Assembly: GCA_963823105.1 (NCBI GenBank)
Contig: CAWGKC010000003.1
Location: 119,965 to 183,964, forward strand
Direction: 5' to 3'
Source: an uncultured Acidobacteriota bacterium
Lineage (GTDB): Bacteria > Acidobacteriota > Terriglobia > Bryobacterales > Bryobacteraceae
DNA: 64,000 nucleotides
Below the pieces are notes generated by a model. It did no database searches. It had not been told where the DNA came from and saw nothing but the letters and a program-made list of their open reading frames with translations. A program made the position numbers and the translations under genes. Position 1 is the stretch's first letter. Each line of letters begins with the position of its first letter. This document shows positions 45,137 to 53,269 of the stretch, piece by piece.

Positions 45137-46222
45137 GTGGATCGCACCTCCCGCCGCCAGTTTCTCCTCGCCTCCCTCGCCTCGCCCCTCGCCGCCTACT
45201 CCCGCGGCCCCTCCCTCCCCTCCGAAATCGTCCGCTTCGCCGACCCCTCCACCGAGTTCCACCTCCAACGCCTCACCAGCCCGTCTTACTCCAGCTTCCT
45301 CCCCGCCCCCGGCGTCAACTGCATCTCCCATCGCACCTCCTTCATCCTCTTTTCCAGCGACCGCGCCGGCTCTCTCGCCCCCTATCGCATGGAAATCAAG
45401 AACGGCGAATCGCGCCAACTCGCCGAAGCCCCCGGCCTCCATCCCGAATCCCTCACCCTCGCCGCCGCCGATAAATCCGCCTTCTTTCTCGACTCCTCCG
45501 GCGTCCACTCCGTCTCCCTCGGCAACGGCCGCGACCGCCAAATCTACTCCCTCCCCGATGGCTTCGAAGCCGGCCCCCACCTCGGCGTCTCCTCCGACGG
45601 CCTCTACTTCTCCCTCGTTGAAAAACGCGCCGGCCGCTCCCGCCTTCGCCTCCTCCACGCCGGCCGCGACGAACCCGTCACCCTCCTCGAATCGAGCGAC
45701 CCTCTCTCCTCCCCCGCCTTCCGCCCCAAACGCGCCGGCCTCCTCTTCCGCCGCGCCGGCGCCCTCTGGCTCTCCGGTTTCGACCCCGCCTCCGCCCGCA
45801 AACTCGCCATCGCCCCCGGCCCCCTCGGCCCCGCCCTCTGGACCGAAGAAGGCCGCACCGTCCTCTATCTCGTCACTCCCGACGACCCCAAACAACTCCC
45901 CAGCCTTCGCGAATTCACCCCCGACACCAACCAGGACCGCTTCATTTCCAACACCAGCCGCTTCGCCACCTTCGGCGTCAACGCCGACTCCAGCGTCTTC
46001 GTCGGCGCCAGTGCCAGCAAAGCCTCGCCCTTCGTCCTGCTCCTCCTCCGCTCCGTCCGCCGCGAACTTACTATCTGCGAACACCGCGCCACTAACCCTT
46101 CCCTTGTCTCGCCCATGTTCAGTCCCGACAGCCAACGCGTTTTCTTTCAATCGGACAAGGAAGGCAAGCAAGCGATCTATATGATGAACGTCGAGCGCCT
46201 CGTCGAAGAGACCGATGAGTAA
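45137..46222 (+). CDS. Tat-signal periplasmic TolB-like beta-propeller protein (oligogalacturonide-lyase-like family)
   Basis: Twin-arginine motif MDRTSRRQFLLASLA. FADPSTEFHLQRLTSP...ILFSSDRAGSLAPYRMEIKNGESRQL and C-terminal FSPDSQRVFFQSDKEGKQAIYMMNV are typical of this propeller family. Activity is not inferable. Confidence 0.55.
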   Translation: MDRTSRRQFLLASLASPLAAYSRGPSLPSEIVRFADPSTEFHLQRLTSPSYSSFLPAPGVNCISHRTSFILFSSDRAGSLAPYRMEIKNGESRQLAEAPGLHPESLTLAAADKSAFFLDSSGVHSVSLGNGRDRQIYSLPDGFEAGPHLGVSSDGLYFSLVEKRAGRSRLRLLHAGRDEPVTLLESSDPLSSPAFRPKRAGLLFRRAGALWLSGFDPASARKLAIAPGPLGPALWTEEGRTVLYLVTPDDPKQLPSLREFTPDTNQDRFISNTSRFATFGVNADSSVFVGASASKASPFVLLLLRSVRRELTICEHRATNPSLVSPMFSPDSQRVFFQSDKEGKQAIYMMNVERLVEETDE

Positions 46223-46250
46223 CCGCCGCCCTTATGACAAAATACCTGTG

Positions 46251-47864
46251 ATGTCCGATCCCGTCATTCTCATTGCCAATGGCGACCTCCGTTTGGCCGC
46301 CAATCGAAAATGCTGGCCCGCGCAGGAAGCGGTCGAGGCCGCCGTGACTTCCGCCATTCGCGCCGCCGGATTCGATGTGCGCCGCGGCCACCCCTTCGAC
46401 CAGGCCAAAGGCCACGGCTTCATCGACAGCCAAAAATATGGAATGGAGGTTTTCCGCGCCATCCCCCGCGGCGCACCCCTCGTCGTCGTCGAGGCCGTCT
46501 GGCAATACAGCCATCACATCCTCCACGGCCTTTATTCCCACGAAGGCCCCGTCCTCACCGTCGCCAATTGGAGCGGCCAATGGCCCGGCCTCGTCGGCAT
46601 GTTGAACTTGAACGGCTCCCTCACCAAAGCCGGCGTCGATTACGATTCGCTCTGGAGCGTCGATTTCACCGACGATTTTTTCACCCGCAATTTGAAACGC
46701 TGGCTCGATGGCGATCCATTGCTCCACGACATGAGCCACGTCCACCCCCTTCGCGGTTGCCGCCTTCCCGCCGAGGCGGAAGAAACCGGACGCGCCATCG
46801 CCCGCCGCCTCCGTCTCGATAAAGCCATTCTCGGAGTCTTCGACGAAGGCTGCATGGGAATGTACAACGCCATCGTCCCCGACGAACTTCTCCATCCCAC
46901 CGGCGTCTTCAAGGAACGCCTCAGCCAATCCGCTCTGTTCGCCGAAATGCGCCGCACCTCCGATGAGGAAGCCCTCGCCGTCCGCGCGTGGCTCGACGCC
47001 AAAGGCGTCCGGTTCCTCACCGGCCCCGACGAGGAAACCGATCTCACCGATGCGCAAATTCTCGATCAATGCAAGATGTACATCGCCGCGCTGCGCATCG
47101 CCGGCGAGTTCGGCTGCGATGCGATCGGCATTCAATATCAGCAGGGGTTGAAGGACCTCTGCGCCGCCTCCGATCTCGCCGAGGGATTGTTGAATAACGT
47201 CGACCGCCCGCCGGTTTTCTCCCGCGACGGTCGCGAGCTTTACCCCGGCAACGCCCTGCCCCACTTCAACGAAGTCGACGAGTGCGCCGGCCTCGACGCC
47301 CTCGTTACCAACCGTTTATGGCGCGCCATGGGATACGATCCCGAGACCACCCTGCACGACTTGCGCTACGGCGAGCGGTACGCCTCCGGGGGCTGGAGCG
47401 AATTCGTCTGGGTCTTTGAAATCTCCGGCGCCGTGCCCCCGCATCACAACGAAGGCGGATTCGCCGGCACCGTCAGCGAGCGCCAACCGCCCATGTACTT
47501 CCGCCTCGGCGGCGGCACGTTGAAGGGAGTCGCCAAGCCCGGCGAAATCGTCTGGAGCCGCGTCTTCATCGACGACGGCGTCTTGAAGGCCGACCTCGGA
47601 CGCGGAGCCGCCCGCAAATTGCCGGCCACGGAAACCGAACGCCGCTGGGCCGCCACCACTCCCCAGTGGCCCATCATGCACGCCGTCACTTACGGCGTCA
47701 GCCGCGATCAAATGATGGCCCGGCACAAGGCCAATCACATCCAGGTCGCCTACGCCCCCACCGCCAAAGACGCCGACCGCGCGCTCGCCGCCAAAGCCGC
47801 CCTCTTCGACGAGCTTGGCTTGGAAGTCTCCATTTGCGGCGAGAACGCCCTGCCACCCGCCTGA
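46251..47864 (+). CDS. L-fucose/L-arabinose isomerase-like sugar isomerase family protein
   Basis: Start moved to ATG 46251 (MSDPVILIANGDLR). About 537 aa. Layout and segments such as VANWSGQWPGLVGMLNLNGSLTKAG parallel the FucI N-terminal/central domains. Family-level call only. Confidence 0.5.
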   Translation: MSDPVILIANGDLRLAANRKCWPAQEAVEAAVTSAIRAAGFDVRRGHPFDQAKGHGFIDSQKYGMEVFRAIPRGAPLVVVEAVWQYSHHILHGLYSHEGPVLTVANWSGQWPGLVGMLNLNGSLTKAGVDYDSLWSVDFTDDFFTRNLKRWLDGDPLLHDMSHVHPLRGCRLPAEAEETGRAIARRLRLDKAILGVFDEGCMGMYNAIVPDELLHPTGVFKERLSQSALFAEMRRTSDEEALAVRAWLDAKGVRFLTGPDEETDLTDAQILDQCKMYIAALRIAGEFGCDAIGIQYQQGLKDLCAASDLAEGLLNNVDRPPVFSRDGRELYPGNALPHFNEVDECAGLDALVTNRLWRAMGYDPETTLHDLRYGERYASGGWSEFVWVFEISGAVPPHHNEGGFAGTVSERQPPMYFRLGGGTLKGVAKPGEIVWSRVFIDDGVLKADLGRGAARKLPATETERRWAATTPQWPIMHAVTYGVSRDQMMARHKANHIQVAYAPTAKDADRALAAKAALFDELGLEVSICGENALPPA

Positions 47865-47900
47865 TGCGCGCCGCCCCTTCCGGATTGAGACAATAACGAA

Positions 47901-48917
47901 ATGCGCGTTGGAATTATCGGCACCGGTGCGATCTCGCACAAGCACGCCCAAGCCTATCGCAACATCGGCTACGAACTCACCGTTTGCACCGACCTTCACC
48001 CGGAGAACGGCCGCCGTTTCGCCGGCGAGTGGGGTTGCGAATTCGTCCCCACTTACGAAGAAGTCTGCCGCCATCCCCGCGTCGATTACGTCGACGTTTG
48101 CACCTTTCCCGATTTCCGCCTGCAGCCCGTAATCGCCTGCGCCGAAGCGCGGAAACACATTCAAGTGCAAAAGCCCATCGCGACCACGCTCGAAACCGCC
48201 CGCGAGATGAACGCCGTCGCCGCCGCCGCCGGAATTCAGTTGGGCGTCGTCAGCCAGCACCGCTTCGACGATTCCAGCCTCTTCCTCCGCCGCGCCCTCG
48301 ACGCCGGCCGCTTGGGCAAGCTCTTGCAAGCCGACGCCTACGTCAAATGGTTCCGCTCCGCCGCCTATTACTCGCGCCCCATTAAAGGCAGTTGGAAAAC
48401 CGAAGGCGGAGGCGCGCTCATCAACCAGGCCATCCATCAGGTGGATATCCTGCTCTGGCTAATCGGAGCCGTCAGCGAAGTGTTCGGCTATTGGCAAATC
48501 GCCGCCGCCCACGCCATCGAATCCGAGGATGTCGTCAACGCGGCCATGCGCTACGCCAACGGCGCCACCGGCGTTTTGCAGGCGTCCACGGCCTTCTGGC
48601 CCGGCTATACCGAGCGGATCGAAATTCACGGAACCAAGGGAACAGCCGTCATCTCCGGCGACAAATTGACGACGTGGGACGTCGAGGGCGACGACGGCGA
48701 CCCGGCCCCCGTCGAGCGCGTAACCATGTCCGGCTCCTCCGATCCGATGGCGATTCCGCTGGAGCCCTTCGAGCGCCAGTTCCTCGATTTCGGCGATGCC
48801 ATCCGCACCGGCCGCAAGCCCGTCTCCTCCGGCGAGGACGGATTGCGCGCCCTCGAGCTCGTGCTCGCCGTTTACCGTTCCTGCCGCGAAGGCGCGAAAG
48901 TTTCGCTGAATGTTTGA
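47901..48917 (+). CDS. Gfo/Idh/MocA-family NAD(P)-dependent oxidoreductase
   Basis: MRVGIIGTGAISHKH Rossmann start, EKP-like IQVQKPIA motif, C-terminal alpha/beta dimerisation domain. Confidence 0.88.
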   Translation: MRVGIIGTGAISHKHAQAYRNIGYELTVCTDLHPENGRRFAGEWGCEFVPTYEEVCRHPRVDYVDVCTFPDFRLQPVIACAEARKHIQVQKPIATTLETAREMNAVAAAAGIQLGVVSQHRFDDSSLFLRRALDAGRLGKLLQADAYVKWFRSAAYYSRPIKGSWKTEGGGALINQAIHQVDILLWLIGAVSEVFGYWQIAAAHAIESEDVVNAAMRYANGATGVLQASTAFWPGYTERIEIHGTKGTAVISGDKLTTWDVEGDDGDPAPVERVTMSGSSDPMAIPLEPFERQFLDFGDAIRTGRKPVSSGEDGLRALELVLAVYRSCREGAKVSLNV

Positions 48918-49826
48918 GCCGGTCTCGCGTTGGCGGGTGCGCGTTCCGGCCTCCAGCGCCAACCTCGGCCCCGGCTTCGACGCGCTCGGTTTGGCATTGG
49001 GCATGTATTTGGAATGCCGCTTCCGCCGCGCCGAAGCTCTGACCATCCGCGTGCGCGGCCGGGACGCCGCCTGCATTCCGGACGACGAGCGAAATCTGAT
49101 CTGGCAGACCGCGCTAGCCGTCGCCGCCGACGTGGGCCGAGTCATGCCGCCCGATCGAACTCGACATCGACAACGACATCCCCATCGGCAAAGGATTAGG
49201 CTCCAGCGCCGCCGCGTTGACCGCCGGTGTCGCCATCGCCGACCGCTTGCTCGGCCTCGATTGGCCGCCCGATCGCATCTTCGACGAGGCCGCGCGCATC
49301 GAAGGCCATCCCGACAACGTCGCCGCCTGCGTGCTGGGTTCGATCGTCGCCAGCGCCATCGATTCCGACGGAATCGCCCGCGCCGTGCGCCTGGAGATGC
49401 CCCAGCAATTCGGCGTAGCGGTCGTGGCGCCCGGCTTCGTATTGCCAACCTCCGAAGCCCGCGCGGTCTTGCCCGAAACATACAGCCGCGCCGACGCAAT
49501 TTTCAATATCCAGCGCGCCGCGCTGCTCATCGCCGCGCTGGCGACCGGAACGGCCAGCGCATTTCCCACCGCCCTCCAAGACCGCCTCCACCAACCATAC
49601 CGCGCCGGCGCTCGTCCCCGGCCTCGCCGAAATCCTATCGTTGCGCGCGCCCGGATTATTAGGCTGCGCCCTAAGCGGCGCCGGCCCCTCGGTGCTGGTG
49701 TTTTACGAACGCGGATCGGAGCACGCCGTCGCCGAAGTCGCCCGCGTCTTCGAACGCAACGGATGCGCCGCCGAAACCCTGTGGCCCGAAATCGCCCAGC
49801 GCGGATGCGAGGTGTTCGCCGAATGA
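48910..49826 (+). pseudogene. thrB: Homoserine kinase, interrupted by two apparent 1-nt insertions
   Basis: Three successive frames carry the gene. VRVPASSANLGPGFDALGLAL... is in ORF 48910. IELDIDNDIPIGKGLGSSAAALTAGVAIA...HPDNVAACVLG...LHQPYR is in ORF 49217. LVPGLAEILSLRAPGLLGCALSGAGPSVLVFY is in ORF 49641. The frame switches lie at about 49150-49153 (C run) and 49603-49612. Confidence 0.8.
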
Positions 49827-49852
49827 GCATGTCAACCCGGACAGGAGGACCC

Positions 49853-50238
49853 ATGCGGATTCTACTCATGTTGGGCGCGGTCGTCATTCCCGCAATGGCC
49901 CAAGATCCGATCCGTGCAACTCACCAACGCGACCCGGTCTTCCGCCGCGAGATTTTCAGGTCGGCGATCGCTTCGAGATCGTCATCACCGGCGCGCCGAA
50001 CCAACCCATCAGCGTGAGAACGACAAGGCTGAACCGGACCGACTGGAGTCCCATCATCGGCTGGACCGGCAAGAGCGGCGAATGGGAAACGTCGGGGCGG
50101 TTCGAGAAGAGCGACGTCGGCGGTTGGAGCGAGGAGTGGACCGTCGGGGGCAAGCTGGCCAATCCCGCCCTCCAGTTTTCCGTCGCCGCGCCATGCCTGA
50201 AGGACGGGCGGAGTTCCATGATGCAGTTCGGCCCCTAG
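49853..50238 (+). pseudogene. Small secreted hypothetical protein, apparently frameshifted once
   Basis: GGAGG lies 5-6 nt before ATG 49853. Signal peptide MRILLMLGAVVIPAMAQ. The protein-like continuation DFQVGDRFEIVITGAPNQPISVRT...WTGKSGEWETSGRFEKSDVGGWSEEWTVGGKL is in the -1 frame (ORF 50014..50238 and upstream). Switch at about 49945-49953. Confidence 0.45.
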
Positions 50239-50355
50239 TCAACTGTCCAGACCTGCGACACCGCGGAGGGACGCCAGACATTCGCAACGCCATCCGGCTC
50301 CGACCCTTTCCGGACACCGGATGGCAGATTGGTCCCAAGCCGCGTGCGTTCGAAC

Positions 50356-50710
50356 ATGACGGCGGAGCAATACCACCAGGAGATCTTGGAATCCCTTATT
50401 ACCAGCCGCGCAAACGACCCGAAACCGGGCCGGTTCGGGAGCGAAGTTGGCGGATCTCATCCTGAAGTTGATCGGCGTCAACGCGCTGAACGACGACGAA
50501 ACACGGAATGTGCTCACGATCGTGCGCGCCGCGTTCGAGAACCCGGACCAAATCCCGCAGGCGGCGAAGGACTCGTCCGGCACGTTAATCCTGTTGCGAA
50601 AATTAGCGGACGAGACCGGCGACGAGAGCCTGAAACAGCGGATCGCCGAGACCATAGCCTTCGTTCAGGCCGGTCCCATGAGCGGCAGCGGCGGGCGTCC
50701 GCCGTTATAG
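50356..50710 (+). pseudogene. Hypothetical protein, possibly frameshifted (or an independent TTG-started ORF 50447..50710)
   Basis: MTAEQYHQEILESLITSRANDPKPGRFGSE (from ATG 50356) runs straight into ADLILKLIGVNALNDDETRNVLTIVRAAFENPDQ... in the +1 frame at about 50441-50452. Confidence 0.3.
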
Positions 50711-51821
50711 TTTGAAAAATATCTTGCGCCGGTAAAGCCAAACGCAGACCGAGATCTGGAACACGGAAATCATGCAGGCCGTGAACACCAGGCCCCAATC
50801 GCCCCACCATTGAATCGCCCAGCCGGTGAAGATAGGCGCGGTTTGGCGCATCCAGTGGCCGAGAATTTCGTGGAACAGGTAAATAAAGATGGAATTGGAC
50901 CCCACCATCACCGCAACCTGGGGCCAACTGGCGCCAGTGCTTGACTTCGCACAGCCAATAAAACAGCGCCAGCGCGAGCAGGGTGTAACCGGCGCTATAG
51001 AAGGCGAACGACGGCGTCCAGATTTTCTTGATGATCGGGATCACCGGATCGAGCGCCAGTCCAAGCGCGATGCCCGCGACGCCGCCGATCAGGAGCAAGC
51101 GAAGCTTTTTGGCTTGAGGAATCGCGCTGGCGAGCAGGCTGCCGGCGATGACGCCGAGTATCGTGTTGAACGTCGACGGAATGCAGTTGATCGTGGCGTA
51201 TCCTCCGCTCCAGTGCTTATTGAGGATCAAACCGTCGAGCCACCAGCCGATGTTGGCGTTCTGCGCCCAAGGACCGGTGACGCCGGGAGCGGTTCCCAAG
51301 TTATAGATCAGCCAATCGAGGACTAACATGCCGACGGCGGTGAGCGACTGGACGAGATACCCGCGGCGCAGCACGAGAAACGCGACTAAGTAAGTGAAGG
51401 ACACCTGCGCGAGTACGTTGATCAAATCGACCACCGGTTTCCCGGCTTCGACCGACCGCGCGACCAGGCCCCAAAGAATAAGCAGGGCGCACCGTTTCAG
51501 GACGTGGTGTAAGTTACCGGCCACCGTTTCCCCGGCGCGCCAGCGTTTGGCGAACGAGAACGGCATCGCCGCGCCGACGATGAACATGAAGAACGGCTGC
51601 ACGAGATCCCAGGCGGTCATGCCGTGCCAATCCGTGTGCTCGAACTGGCGCGCAATGGGGCCGAAGATGGGATGGTGGACGAGCGCCGCCAAAAATCCTT
51701 CGGCGGTGAGGAAGATCATCGTAAAGCCGCGGAAAGCGTCAAGCGCGAGCACTCTTCCGGGCAGGGCGGAGGCGGGGCTGGTCACCTCAATTGCGGCGGG
51801 GGACGCGGTTGCGCTGGCCAT
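50705..51821 (-). pseudogene. DUF5009/HGSNAT-like membrane acyltransferase-family protein, interrupted by one apparent 1-nt insertion
   Basis: RVLALDAFRGFTMIFL family signature and about 9 TM segments in ORF 50514..51821. The last helices (VAVMVGSNSIFIYLFHEILGHWM...WLYRRKIFFKL) continue in ORF 50705..50911. Junction at about 50917-50919. Confidence 0.7.
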
Positions 51822-51835
51822 GATCGGTGACTATA

Positions 51836-52519
51836 TCACACGCCGCGGCGGTTGCCCCAAAGATCGACATGGAGGCGCGGCCCATAGCGCCAGCCGCGCT
51901 GTTGGCAGATTTCAACCAGCCAGCGTCCGCGCTCGCGCAGCGTCTCGGCAGTGATGCCCTCGGGCATAAGAACGACACGCTCGGGCGAGGCGGCGGTCTC
52001 CTCCACAATCGCCGCCGCTTCCTCGACATCCTCCGGCGCGGCGATGACGAATTTGAGCTGATAAGGATACGCGGCCATCAGCTTGCGCAGCACATCGGGC
52101 TGATGGCGCAAGCGGTCGTGCTGCGCCGCCCAGCGTCCGCCTTCGCGTTCGAGCGGCGTGGAATTCGCGAGCTTCGGGCTGATGCTCATCAGGTCGCAGG
52201 CGACGGGGGCGAAAACGGTGCCGGCCGTTTCAACGGTGATGTGAACGCCCGCGGAACGCAGCGCCCCGGTAAGCTCGACGATCTGCGGCGCGATCATCGG
52301 TTCGCCGCCGGTGACGACGGCGTGGCGCGCGCCGCGCGATAAAGCCTGTTCGAGGATCGCGGCGACGGGCATGTCCGCGCCTTCGGGATTCCACGAGGTG
52401 TAGGGAGTGTCGCACCAAACGCAGCGGAGATTGCAGCCGCTGGTGCGGATGAAAACCGACGGAACGCCGGCGAGAATCCCCTCGCCTTGAATCGAGTGAA
52501 AGATCTCGGCGATCTTCAT
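51836..52519 (-). CDS. queE: 7-carboxy-7-deazaguanine synthase (radical SAM)
   Basis: [38 protein letters not shown] (CxxxCxxC-type QueE cluster). ATG 52519 overlaps the queC TGA. Confidence 0.88.
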   Translation of the reverse strand: MKIAEIFHSIQGEGILAGVPSVFIRTSGCNLRCVWCDTPYTSWNPEGADMPVAAILEQALSRGARHAVVTGGEPMIAPQIVELTGALRSAGVHITVETAGTVFAPVACDLMSISPKLANSTPLEREGGRWAAQHDRLRHQPDVLRKLMAAYPYQLKFVIAAPEDVEEAAAIVEETAASPERVVLMPEGITAETLRERGRWLVEICQQRGWRYGPRLHVDLWGNRRGV

Positions 52520-53211
52520 GGCGCGTACTCGATGGGATCGTCGACGCCGGCTTCGGCGAAACCTTTGCGGCGAAGGAGGCAGGAATCGCAATGGCCGCAG
52601 GCGCGGCCGGCCGCATCGGGATCGTAACAGCTATGAGTGAGCGAAAGATCGACGCCAAGCTCGACCGCGAGCGTCACGATTTCGGCTTTGCTCATCGCGA
52701 TCAGCGGGGCGTGGATGCGGATGTGCGTGGCGCCTTCGACGCCGGCTTTCGTGGCGAGATTCGCCATGCGCTCGAAGGCCTGGATGAACTCGGGGCGGCA
52801 ATCGGGATAGCCGGAATAATCGAGGGCGTTCACGCCGATGAAGATGTCGGATGCGCCGAGGACTTCGGCCCAGGCGAGAGCGAAGGAGAGGAAAACGGTG
52901 TTGCGCGCGGGCACATAGGTGATGGGGATTCCCGGAGCGATGTCTTCGACGCGGGCGGATTTGGGGACGCCGATATCGGCGGTGAGAGCGGAGCCGCCGA
53001 ACGCGCGGAGATCGATGGGGAGAACGATGTGCCGCTCCGCGCCGAGGCTGCCGGCGAGAGCGCGGGCGGCGTCGAGTTCGACGCGATGGCGCTGGCCGTA
53101 GTCGAAGCTGAGCGCATAGCAGGCGAAACCCTGGCGGCGGGCGAAGGCGAGGCAGGTGGAAGAATCCAGCCCGCCGCTGAGCAGGCAGACGGCGGGAACG
53201 GCGTCGGGCAC
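52516..53211 (-). CDS. queC: 7-cyano-7-deazaguanine synthase
   Basis: PP-loop [22 protein letters not shown], and the C-terminal zinc Cys cluster CYDP...[10 protein letters not shown]. Start set at GTG 53211 (231 aa) because the rest of ORF 52516..53721 is not QueC-like. Confidence 0.88.
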   Translation of the reverse strand: MPDAVPAVCLLSGGLDSSTCLAFARRQGFACYALSFDYGQRHRVELDAARALAGSLGAERHIVLPIDLRAFGGSALTADIGVPKSARVEDIAPGIPITYVPARNTVFLSFALAWAEVLGASDIFIGVNALDYSGYPDCRPEFIQAFERMANLATKAGVEGATHIRIHAPLIAMSKAEIVTLAVELGVDLSLTHSCYDPDAAGRACGHCDSCLLRRKGFAEAGVDDPIEYAP

Positions 53212-53269
53212 ATTTTCAGGATACGCCGGGTTGGCGAAAGGTGATAGATTTCGGGCTTGGAGTCCGACT

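Noticed and set aside
44649-46184. 511-aa Pro/Ser/Ala-rich plus-strand ORF.
   Set aside because: It is a by-product of the C-rich tract (CCN codons). It overlaps the well-supported Tat-propeller gene (45137..46222) in another frame.
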